From contig OY730476.1 of NCBI GenBank assembly GCA_963422735.1, forward strand, positions 2,496,001-2,560,000: a stretch of 64,000 nucleotides of DNA. The letters are read 5' to 3'. The first letter of the stretch is position 1, and the number at the start of each line of letters is the position of its first letter. This stretch comes from Candidatus Latescibacterota bacterium (GTDB taxonomy: Bacteria > Latescibacterota > UBA2968 > UBA8231). Shown here piece after piece: positions 55,868 to 64,000 of this stretch. Under the pieces are notes generated by a model. The model saw nothing but the letters and a program-made list of their open reading frames with translations, ran no database searches and had not been told where the DNA came from. A program made the translations under genes and the position numbers.

Positions 55868-58225
55868 TTAATAAGCAACATGCACAAGCCTGTAGGCGCG
55901 GTCGGCGCGGGCGTCTGCTTCTATTGCAATTCGCAGGACATAGACGCCGGGCGGCACCGTGCGGCCGGCACTCCGTCCGTCCCAGACGTAGCGGACGCGC
56001 CGCCCCGGCAAGCCGTAGTTTGCGAGTTCGACCACAGGCCGGCCATCTAGGGTAAAGACCTGTACTTGCGGTACCTGCTCGGTCTTGACGACGGTGAAAT
56101 TCAGTTCGCATTGGTCGTTTGCACCATCGCCGTTGGGGGTTATCGAGCGGGTGTGCTCGACATTGCGGATCAACGAGCCGCTGGAGACCACCTCGGGCAC
56201 GAAGACCAAATCGGCACCGAACTCAGCGGGGACGACGCCTTGGAGGTTATCGCCTGCGGCCGAGTTGAAGACAAACGCGTTGAAGACCGTGGGGCTGTGG
56301 GACAGGCGCGCGGAAAAGGCGATGGCGACCGAATCCCGCCGGACGAGCGGCGGCGGCAGTTCCACTAAGAGCGAATCTCCCCGCAACAGGCCAGTAGCCG
56401 CCACCTCGGCTTCCCCCACGGATGCCCTGATGAATGCGACGTCTTGGTCGCCGCCGGGCGGGAGTAGGATGAGCGCGCGGTCGAACCCGGCGTCTCGGCT
56501 ATTGAAGGCCACCGGGGCGAGGGTGTAGCGAAACGTCTGCAATGTGTCCATAGCGGCTTCGCGGGGGAAGATGCGGCCCGTCAGTCCAGCCGTGATGACC
56601 GGCGCATTGGCCACAAACGTGAGCGATCGCAGGGTGGGGAAGACCGCTGGATCGTCGCTGATGAGCCGCACCCGCGCTCGCAGCCACTGCCGCGGCGATG
56701 GCGAAAGGAATGCCTGCCCTGAAAACCGGTGGGGTTGGCTATACGCGCTCCAAGTGTCGTCGCGCACCTGTTCCTCGACGATGTCGCCGCGGTTGCGGGA
56801 CTTGGCAGACTCGTAGGCTTGTTTGGTCACTTCTTTGCCGTTGGCGAGGAAGTAGCGCTTGATGGTCTGGAAGCCATTGCCGGTCTGGGTTTCCACTTCG
56901 ATGCGGGTTCCGGGCGGCAGGTCGGCGTCCCATTCGACGAAGCGCATGCTGCGGGCGCCGCCGAGGAAAATGTCTTCGGACTCCAGCTCGACTTGCACGG
57001 GATAGCCCTCGCTGTGGAAGACGAAGAGTTGGACGGCGCGGTGGAACTGCTGCGGCCGCGTTACGCGCCACAACAGCAGCCGCAGTGCGCGTGGCTCGAA
57101 CTGGAAATCGAACAAATAGCGGCCGGAGTTATCCACGGACGACAGCAACTCGTAGTGGAAAGTACCTTCGACGACCGGATCGGAGCTATTGCTCGGGGTA
57201 CCGTCGGAGACGAAGAAATCGAAGCTGGGCCAACTGCCCTGCTTGTCGCGCTGGAATCCGTAGAGGAACGGGCCGCGGCCCGACACAATCGGCATCCAGA
57301 TGAGTCGATCGACGCGAAAGACATTGCCGAAATCGACGACGGACCAGACGCCCGAATCGCGCCAGTTGCCCTTGTCCGACGCCTCGATGTTCCACCCGCG
57401 AAATCCCACATTTTGGTCGATGAGGGCCTCAGCTCCGCTGCCCTTGCCACAGCCCTCGCAGTCGCGGTGCTTGGACGTCCATGTCCGTCCTCCCCAGTGC
57501 TCGGCACGATCCTCGGTCTGCACCATGGAGGAGAGGTTGAAGCCAATGCCGTCCACCTCTATTTCGGCGAGCGCGGCTTCGGGCGTTGCGCCGGCTGCTT
57601 CAAAGCGCACGAAGCGCACGATGTCGAAGTCGAGGACCTCGCTCGCGCTCAGGTACTCGCCCGTGGCCGGGGAGAGGCCAGTCGTGGTGAGGTCAAACTC
57701 GACCAGGGACTCGGTGTTGTTGTTGACCGGCCTGCCCAAGCGGCGATAGACGATGCGCTTGGCCCGGCCGCCGAAGACCGGAATGCCCGGGCTGACGTAC
57801 ACCGAGAAAAAGTTAAAGGGCTTGGCCCCTTCGCGGTCGGGAAAGAGGACGCGCACCTTGTCGGCCACGACGGTGCGCCCCAAGTCTAGTTCCAGCCACC
57901 ACGACTGTACCGGGGTGTCCGGGTCGGGCTGCCACCAAGTATTGGGGTCTTGGTCGCCGGCTAGGTCGGCCTGCTGCTGGTTGGACGGCGTGCGCACAAA
58001 ACGCTGCCCGTAGTCGCCGATGGCCTTGGAGGAAAACTCGCGGGCGTTGGCCACCGCGTTGAACCGCTGCCCAAAGCGCTTCACTTTAATGGACTGAGGC
58101 AAGACCTCGACTAGCCCCTGCGGATGGGCCCAAGAAGCAAAGTCGGATCCGGCAAAGCGCAGGTTCTGGCTGCTTGCTGCAGCCGCGAGCAGGAGGGGAA
58201 AAATGGCTAACGATAGCGTTTTCAT
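55868..58225 (-). CDS. Secreted protein 3 with FlgD-Ig/type-B-like C-terminus (copy B)
   Basis: Paralogue of 25935..28292; 'TPNGDGAND...WDG...VPPGVY...HVAY'. Confidence 0.85.
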   Translation of the reverse strand: MKTLSLAIFPLLLAAAASSQNLRFAGSDFASWAHPQGLVEVLPQSIKVKRFGQRFNAVANAREFSSKAIGDYGQRFVRTPSNQQQADLAGDQDPNTWWQPDPDTPVQSWWLELDLGRTVVADKVRVLFPDREGAKPFNFFSVYVSPGIPVFGGRAKRIVYRRLGRPVNNNTESLVEFDLTTTGLSPATGEYLSASEVLDFDIVRFVRFEAAGATPEAALAEIEVDGIGFNLSSMVQTEDRAEHWGGRTWTSKHRDCEGCGKGSGAEALIDQNVGFRGWNIEASDKGNWRDSGVWSVVDFGNVFRVDRLIWMPIVSGRGPFLYGFQRDKQGSWPSFDFFVSDGTPSNSSDPVVEGTFHYELLSSVDNSGRYLFDFQFEPRALRLLLWRVTRPQQFHRAVQLFVFHSEGYPVQVELESEDIFLGGARSMRFVEWDADLPPGTRIEVETQTGNGFQTIKRYFLANGKEVTKQAYESAKSRNRGDIVEEQVRDDTWSAYSQPHRFSGQAFLSPSPRQWLRARVRLISDDPAVFPTLRSLTFVANAPVITAGLTGRIFPREAAMDTLQTFRYTLAPVAFNSRDAGFDRALILLPPGGDQDVAFIRASVGEAEVAATGLLRGDSLLVELPPPLVRRDSVAIAFSARLSHSPTVFNAFVFNSAAGDNLQGVVPAEFGADLVFVPEVVSSGSLIRNVEHTRSITPNGDGANDQCELNFTVVKTEQVPQVQVFTLDGRPVVELANYGLPGRRVRYVWDGRSAGRTVPPGVYVLRIAIEADARADRAYRLVHVAY

Positions 58226-58235
58226 AGTGCCTCCG

Positions 58236-60293
58236 TCAGTACGCGACCCCGACCGTTTCCATGCGGGCAAATGTGCCGCGATCAACCTCGACCTCGACGC
58301 CGACTAGGTACAGCCCCGGGGGCACGAGTTTCCCCCGCTCGGCCCGCGCATCCCACCGCAGCGCATACGGCCCGGCTGCGGCCCGCGCATCCAAAATTGC
58401 GGCGCAGCGACGACCGCTCAGGTCGTACACCTCCACCCGCAACGCGCCCCCATCGACGCCGAACAAATCGAATCCAATGGCGACCTGCTCGTTGACCCCA
58501 TCGCCGTTGGGCGTGATCACGGGTGAAGACAGTCCAACCGCCCCGAGAATGCCTAGGCCTGTGTCGCTGGAGACGACTTGGATGCTGTTGCTGGACACAT
58601 CGGCGTGGGCGTCTCCGGCCTCAATGGACTGCGGCAAACTAACAGCCAGGGTGTTAAAAAGACGGCTGGCTAAAAAGACCGATGGCTGGAAAACCGCGCC
58701 TTGAAAGCGCACGCGAAACGCCTTGTCTTCCTGGAACGCTGTGGGAAAGGTGAAGCGCAAACGTCCGTCGCTAGCGGCGATGGAAAAATTCACATCCTCG
58801 GCTGCCGGCTGGTCGTCAATGGTCAGGTCGAGGAAGCGGGTGGCCGGAGGAACCTCCAACTCGATGCCGTCGAATCCCGCGTGGTCGGTTGCGCCGGCCT
58901 CTGTGCGAATGTGATAGGCAAAGCGCTGGATGACCCCGAGGGGCACCTCGACGGCACCGTCCGCATCGGTGCGCCCGTCGAGGGCAATTTCCGCCAGTGC
59001 GCGGTCGGCCAACAGCGGCGAGACCTCAAAGGCCAAGCTGTCGAGTACGCCAAAGGCCATCGGGTCTTCGGTGGTGATAGTAAAGCGAAATTGGAGGAAC
59101 TCGGCTCCGTCTGAGGAGCGGATCTCGTCGCCCGATGCTTGGTAATTGACCGACCAGTTATTCCAGTTTTCTACATCGTCGTCGCGCTTGGCCCGGAAGC
59201 CGGCGATCCCCTCGGAAAACCGTTCTACCACCCGCGGCGAGTCGAAATAGGTCTTCTCATCTACTTCCACCAGCCGGCCGAGGTCGTCGAAGATGAAGTA
59301 CGTCTTGGGGTCGGCGTCGAAGCCAGCGCGGGTCTGCAAGTATAGCTGCACCGGCGCGGTGGGGTCGGCGGTGATCGCGCCGGAAGGCAATTGGCGATAG
59401 CGGGTGAATTTCCACGCGACCCGTCCCAAGCTCACGGCTTGGCCGAAAGAATGGGGCGCGGAGATGTAGCGGGCCTCTTGGGGGTAGCCGCGGCCAAAGA
59501 CCTCGATTTCGGCCAGCAAGGTCGTGGTGGAGACCTCCCCGAACTTGAAGCGGAGAAAGCGAGTAAAGCGCAACCCTGGTGCGAGGGAGACGACACTCGT
59601 GTTGTTGGCAAAGGTGCTGGCGATAATCTCGTCGAGGGGGTGGTACCCCGCCGACCCAGTTGAAACGGTTTCGTCCTCAAAGATCAGCCATTCAACCGGC
59701 ACGTTCGTCCGGCTGACTTCATAGGCGCGGGCGAATAGTTCGCGCTGCCTTTGGTTGTCGCTGGTCAGCCCAGTCTGTGGCGGAAAGAACACGATGCTGT
59801 CAACGGGCACTGGCACGCCGAGGTCGAGTGTGATGAATTGCGCGCTGTTGGGACGGCCATCGGCCCGCGCCCTGTGAGTATAGCCCGCGGTTAGTCCGTC
59901 GCCATCGACTAGCCCGCGCATGACCTCTGGGGCGAGGGCGTTGGTTCCGCCCCCCAGCCACAGACGCGGGTGCCACCCAACCTCTAAGGTGTCGGCCTCG
60001 ATCTGACGCGGCCCCTTGTGCAAGCTCCAGCGATAGCCAAAGAGGTTGCGCTGAGTCGTGGCAATGCCAGTGCGCACGAGTTGGCGAGTAACCGTGTGGC
60101 CTAGGGGAATTGCCCGCGGCTGGATCGCCCCAGCGCGCGCGGAGTCGTCGAGGGCGATCCAGTGCGCTACGGCCTCGGCCCAAGGCTCGCCGCTTGTGCC
60201 CCCTACGACCCAAGCCGAGGGCGTCTGCGCCGCCACCCGGCCGCTGATGGCGAGGAGCAACACCAGCCACCGCATGTTGCTCGGAGCGGTCAA
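58236..60293 (-). CDS. Secreted protein 2 with FlgD-Ig/type-B-like C-terminus (copy B)
   Basis: Paralogue of 23832..25916; 'TPNGDGVNE...VPPGLY...GVAY'. Confidence 0.85.
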   Translation of the reverse strand: MTAPSNMRWLVLLLAISGRVAAQTPSAWVVGGTSGEPWAEAVAHWIALDDSARAGAIQPRAIPLGHTVTRQLVRTGIATTQRNLFGYRWSLHKGPRQIEADTLEVGWHPRLWLGGGTNALAPEVMRGLVDGDGLTAGYTHRARADGRPNSAQFITLDLGVPVPVDSIVFFPPQTGLTSDNQRQRELFARAYEVSRTNVPVEWLIFEDETVSTGSAGYHPLDEIIASTFANNTSVVSLAPGLRFTRFLRFKFGEVSTTTLLAEIEVFGRGYPQEARYISAPHSFGQAVSLGRVAWKFTRYRQLPSGAITADPTAPVQLYLQTRAGFDADPKTYFIFDDLGRLVEVDEKTYFDSPRVVERFSEGIAGFRAKRDDDVENWNNWSVNYQASGDEIRSSDGAEFLQFRFTITTEDPMAFGVLDSLAFEVSPLLADRALAEIALDGRTDADGAVEVPLGVIQRFAYHIRTEAGATDHAGFDGIELEVPPATRFLDLTIDDQPAAEDVNFSIAASDGRLRFTFPTAFQEDKAFRVRFQGAVFQPSVFLASRLFNTLAVSLPQSIEAGDAHADVSSNSIQVVSSDTGLGILGAVGLSSPVITPNGDGVNEQVAIGFDLFGVDGGALRVEVYDLSGRRCAAILDARAAAGPYALRWDARAERGKLVPPGLYLVGVEVEVDRGTFARMETVGVAY

Positions 60294-62278
60294 TAGGCCA
60301 CCCCTACAGGCTCTACTGCGGCAAACATGTCGAAGTCGGCCTCCACGCCGACGCGGCAGAGGTACAGGCCCGGGGGCACCAAGCTGCCCTGTTCGTTGCG
60401 GCCGTCCCAGATTTCGGAGTAAAAGCCGGCGGGCCGCGGCTGGGAGACTAGCTGCCGCACCCGGCGTCCGCTGAGGTCAAAGACCTCGACCGCCACTGCT
60501 GTATCCGCGGTGAACTGGGACAACACGAGGTCAATGGCAACGGCATCGTTGCGGCCGTCGCCATTGGGCGAGATCATAGCCGTTGAAAGCGCTAATTGCA
60601 GCTCGGGCTGTGCCTGAGTCGCAAAGGCGTTGGTTGCGTTCGTGCCCGCTAGTTCGCTGGCGTTGCCCGGGGAGATGGGATGCGGCGGGACGCTCCCCGC
60701 GCCGAGGAGATAGGCGTTGATCGGGGTATTGTGTCCCAGCAGCCGCAGGCGGAAGGATATCCGCAGGGGTTGGTTGTTGTCGGCGGTGACGGGCGCAAAG
60801 AAAATGTCGAAGCCGCTCTCGGTCGCCGTCCATTCAAAGTCTTCTACGGCCGCGAGGGGGTCGCCCATTTGCAGGCTCTCGAATACCGGCGGTGGAGACG
60901 TCTCAATGCGGACGCCGCGATACCCGGCCACATCGGCTGCGAACTCGGTGCGGATGTCATAGGTAAAGGTCGTGTCGATGCCCCCTTCGACTTCGAGCAG
61001 GCCGCTGGCGGGAAAGGGATCGGCGGCGAGGGCCACCTCGCCAACGGCCTCGCCGACCAGCCTAGGAGAAAATTCCACCTGAAAAGTGTCGATGCGCACG
61101 GCATTTTCGGCGTCGCCATCGAAGAGAATGCGGAACTGCATGAACTCTCTCGGGCTGGGTAACCCGATGGGCACCTCGATCGTACCCATGCCCGCGATGT
61201 GCGTACTCGGCGACCACGCGCTCCAGTTGTCAACATCGTCGCGGATATCGCCCTTGACGAAATCACGCACCGGTCCTTGCTCTTCGACCGGCAGATTGAG
61301 ATAGTCGGCCCGGTCCAGCTCCTCTAATAGTTCGCCCGTGACTGCGTCTTGGCGAAACAAGGCGCGCCGCGGCAGACTGGTGTTGTATTCGGCTGCGGTC
61401 ACCTCCTGCTGGCGACCGGTGTCGCGATCGCGGCGAAAGTACGCCAGCGGGCTGTCGTCGGCTCCGGTCCGCATCTGGATGGCCGCGGTCGCGGCCCCGG
61501 TCGTTCCGAATCGCGTGGCGTGTACGCGCAAGCGGCCGTAGTTGACTGGGCCACCAAAGGAATGCAAAGCCGACTCGTAGCTGGCGACCGGCACAAAGCC
61601 CTGCCCGTAGATTTCAAACTCCGCGATATTGAACACCGTCTTCGACAGCACGCGCAGCTGTAGGAAGCGGCCCTGCAAGGGGGCAAATTCGATATCTACT
61701 GTGGATTCGCGGTTGACATCAACCCGCCGCAAGAGCGCGTATTGCGGCCGGTTGATGTCGTTGAAGTTTTCTCCGTCATTGACTCGCAGTTCAAAGGCTT
61801 TGACAAAGGCGTCATCGTCGGGAGCGGGAAAGAAACGAATGCGGTTGACCGGGAAGGGCGCACCTAGATCCCAGAAGAACGTCGCCCCGGCTTGGCTCTG
61901 TGCGGTCTTGAACACACCTGACGAGGAGGTCGTCGGATCGCCGTCGATTAGGTCGAGAGGGCCGGCGACTTGATTGAAGAAGCCGTCGTTGGACCATGCT
62001 CGCGGCTGGCCGCCGAGGGTGAAGTCGCGGGGTTGGCCGTTGAGAAAGCGTTGGCCCGAAGCGCGAAGCAGTTCGATGAGGTTTTCCCCGGCCTGTAGCT
62101 GCAAGGGCTGCAGAGCACCATCGACGTCTAGCGCGCCGATCTGCGTCTCGGCCTGCGAGACCCACGAAAGCCCCCCCTTGCCGATGTGCCACACCTCGAC
62201 TTGGGCATCGCTTGGCGCTAGTCCCCCAAGCACCGCTAGGAAGGTGCCGACGAGGGATCTGGACGCGGGGGCGGTCAT
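60290..62278 (-). CDS. Secreted protein 1 with FlgD-Ig/type-B-like C-terminus (copy B)
   Basis: Paralogue of 21841..23835; 'SPNGDGRND...WDG...VPPGLY...GVAY'. Confidence 0.85.
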   Translation of the reverse strand: MTAPASRSLVGTFLAVLGGLAPSDAQVEVWHIGKGGLSWVSQAETQIGALDVDGALQPLQLQAGENLIELLRASGQRFLNGQPRDFTLGGQPRAWSNDGFFNQVAGPLDLIDGDPTTSSSGVFKTAQSQAGATFFWDLGAPFPVNRIRFFPAPDDDAFVKAFELRVNDGENFNDINRPQYALLRRVDVNRESTVDIEFAPLQGRFLQLRVLSKTVFNIAEFEIYGQGFVPVASYESALHSFGGPVNYGRLRVHATRFGTTGAATAAIQMRTGADDSPLAYFRRDRDTGRQQEVTAAEYNTSLPRRALFRQDAVTGELLEELDRADYLNLPVEEQGPVRDFVKGDIRDDVDNWSAWSPSTHIAGMGTIEVPIGLPSPREFMQFRILFDGDAENAVRIDTFQVEFSPRLVGEAVGEVALAADPFPASGLLEVEGGIDTTFTYDIRTEFAADVAGYRGVRIETSPPPVFESLQMGDPLAAVEDFEWTATESGFDIFFAPVTADNNQPLRISFRLRLLGHNTPINAYLLGAGSVPPHPISPGNASELAGTNATNAFATQAQPELQLALSTAMISPNGDGRNDAVAIDLVLSQFTADTAVAVEVFDLSGRRVRQLVSQPRPAGFYSEIWDGRNEQGSLVPPGLYLCRVGVEADFDMFAAVEPVGVAY

Positions 62279-62991
62279 CAGTTGAGCCGGACCGCGGCCG
62301 AGGGGTCATACCCTTGCAAGGTGTCGCGCTGAAAGGAGAAGCTCAGGTCAATCGCCTCTACGGGGGCGTCTGCATAGTCGAAGCGCAAGACGATGTTCTC
62401 GATGTGTACTTGGATCGCCCGGACATCGTCGTCGAGGACGGGGAAGACTAAATACCCCTGCTCTTCGCTGCCGCTGAAGACCAAGGCCCCGCTGTACAGC
62501 GTCCTCTTGAGCGCGTCCGTGCGGGCTTGAAAGGTCTTGCGCCCTTGCCCCGTGCGGCCCAGCCAATACGACCGAAAATACTGATATAATTGAGCGTAGC
62601 TCAGCGCCGCGTACTGCCGGGTGTTGGCCGCGGCAATGTGCGCGTTAAGCGGGTCGATCTTGATCTTGGGATATTGATAGTTGTTGACCTTGAGCCTAAA
62701 GACGGTAAACCGCGGCGGCGTCCACTCGTCGCCCGCGGCAGTCCACTCGCCAAAGGTGTAAGGGTTGTCGGACAGGTCTGGCCCGGGGGCGAGGCGGTTT
62801 AATTCCTCGTCCGTCATGGGCTTGAGCTCAATCGACAGGCGGTCGAGGGCATAGGTGATGGAGCCGTCGTCGTTGACGGTCATGCCCTCGGCTTGGCGGC
62901 TGGCGGGTTGGAGCGGCGTGTGAAAGTAGCGGCCGCAAGCCCCCACCAGCAGGGCCAGTAGTAAGGACCAAGCCCAGAGCCGTTTGTACAC
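62278..62991 (-). CDS. Uncharacterised lipoprotein (copy B)
   Basis: Lipobox LVGA-C; paralogue of 21066..21803. Confidence 0.85.
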   Translation of the reverse strand: MYKRLWAWSLLLALLVGACGRYFHTPLQPASRQAEGMTVNDDGSITYALDRLSIELKPMTDEELNRLAPGPDLSDNPYTFGEWTAAGDEWTPPRFTVFRLKVNNYQYPKIKIDPLNAHIAAANTRQYAALSYAQLYQYFRSYWLGRTGQGRKTFQARTDALKRTLYSGALVFSGSEEQGYLVFPVLDDDVRAIQVHIENIVLRFDYADAPVEAIDLSFSFQRDTLQGYDPSAAVRLN

Positions 62992-63006
62992 GGTGCAACC
63001 CCCTTA

Positions 63007-63052
63007 GAAGCTGTTTGGAAACGCCTCGAACAAGGAATTTCCAGACAGCTTT
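63007..63052. mobile_element. 46-bp inverted-repeat scar with IS5-like ends
   Basis: GAAGCTGTTTGGAAA ... TTTCCAGACAGCTTT flanked by TTA/TAA; ends resemble the 5192-5320 MITE. Confidence 0.5.
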
Positions 63053-63053
63053 T

Positions 63054-63094
63054 AAAAAAGAAGTCAGGCCAATTAAGGGTCTAATTGGCCCGAC
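63054..63094 (-). terminator. Intrinsic terminator after first gene of copy B
   Basis: Minus strand GTCGGGCCAATTA-6 nt-TAATTGGCCTGAC followed by TTCTTTTTT. Confidence 0.8.
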
Positions 63095-63123
63095 GGATTC
63101 TTAAGTACTGCGATACTTGTTGT

Positions 63124-64000
63124 TTAAAACGAGTCCTTGATCTTACCCCAAGTCGATGACTCGACTGCTGTGGGGCCGGAGTACTCGCCAACTTGCAGCA
63201 ACTTGGCAATGGAGTAGTACTGCCGAGCCGAGGCTTCGGGTCCGCGGGTAGTCCAGTCGTTGCGGCCGCCCGGGGTGCCGTCTTCGTCGGGAGCGAAGCT
63301 CGAATCCGGTCCTTCGCCGTCTTCGTACCACATGGCGAAAGGCAGGCCCGCGCCGTCTTGGCCGGACACTGCGTCTAGCTGCCACACTTCACTCGCCGAC
63401 GGGCCAGCGTCCTCTTGGAAGGCAAGTACCTTGACGCTCCACTCGTAGTACGTGGTGCCGCCCTCGGCCCACAGGTCAGCAGCCCAGGCTTCGGGCGGAT
63501 CGACGCGCACGGCCATTTCGATCCACGGCGATTCGCCGTACTCGGCCCATGCCTCTTGCTCAGTGTAGCGGAAAGCGACATTGGTCGGCGGGCTGAGATC
63601 GCCCGGCGCCATCAGCCACTCCATGGTGTAGCCCGAAGCCGGGCTGCGCTCGCGCCCGTGATCCTGCGGATCGAGGCCGACCTGCAGCATGTCGCCGTCC
63701 CAGCGGGCGATATTCGTGCCGGCGTGTGCCAGCACGTCGTCAACCGCTTCCAAGAAGCAGTACCAGCGGTTGTCGTCGCCGCCCTTCCAGCCCATGAAGG
63801 TGGTAATGAACAGGTCGTCGCGGTCTGGGGCCGGGCGGTCGCCTTCATCGCGCCACTCATCCATAGTCAAGGTGTACTCAGGGTCGAACCAAGCCCAGTC
63901 GTCGCTATGTCCGTCAATGGTGATGGCACCGGGGTCGGGGACTTCGAGCATGTAAAACCAAAATCCCTGACTGCCATTGCGATCCTCGAGGGCGGGCGGA
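63124..64000 (-). CDS. Secreted CBM9/DOMON-like protein with TAVESSTWGKIK tag (copy B; 5' end outside window)
   Basis: Paralogue of 20044..20967; frame stays open to the window edge (PPALEDRNGSQGFWFYMLEVPD). Confidence 0.85.
   Translation of the reverse strand, partial: PPALEDRNGSQGFWFYMLEVPDPGAITIDGHSDDWAWFDPEYTLTMDEWRDEGDRPAPDRDDLFITTFMGWKGGDDNRWYCFLEAVDDVLAHAGTNIARWDGDMLQVGLDPQDHGRERSPASGYTMEWLMAPGDLSPPTNVAFRYTEQEAWAEYGESPWIEMAVRVDPPEAWAADLWAEGGTTYYEWSVKVLAFQEDAGPSASEVWQLDAVSGQDGAGLPFAMWYEDGEGPDSSFAPDEDGTPGGRNDWTTRGPEASARQYYSIAKLLQVGEYSGPTAVESSTWGKIKDSF

Noticed and set aside
52980-64000. Assembly duplication of 20-31 kb
   Set aside because: The copies differ extensively at nucleotide and protein level, with indels, so they are true paralogues.
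1-64000. tRNA, rRNA or CRISPR array
   Set aside because: None recognised by eye in the intergenic regions; a covariance-model scan would be needed to exclude small ncRNAs.

Overview
GC-rich bacterial window. The C-terminal tags and gene families suggest an FCB-superphylum organism such as Latescibacterota; this is an inference. The dominant feature is an uncharacterised envelope gene cluster present as two diverged paralogous copies. Copy A (15.3-31.0 kb, +) runs TPR protein, FG-GAP/ASPIC-UnbV (CRTAC1-like) protein, PpiC foldase, a secreted CBM9/DOMON-like protein with a 'TAVExSTWGxIK' tail, an RNA hairpin, a lipoprotein, three paralogous secreted proteins with 'TPNxDxxND...W(D/S)G...PGxY...V(A/I)Y' FlgD-Ig/T9SS type-B-like C-termini, and an ~880 aa Asp-repeat putative outer-membrane protein. 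Copy B (49.0->64.0 kb) has the same nine genes, but the six-gene core is inverted, the FG-GAP gene has collapsed and hicAB is inserted. The rest of the window holds catabolic genes (oxidoreductases, enolase family, prpD, transporters, Opp ABC system), exported amino-acid enzymes (signal-peptide RidA, Tat glycosylasparaginase, Tat class V PLP enzyme) and many relics (parA, vapBC, tnpB interrupted by a MITE, hsdR/M48, ECF sigma). There is also an apparent CCWGG-depletion signature consistent with 5mC deamination. No rRNA, tRNA or CRISPR array was seen. All calls come from reading motifs by eye; no database search was run.
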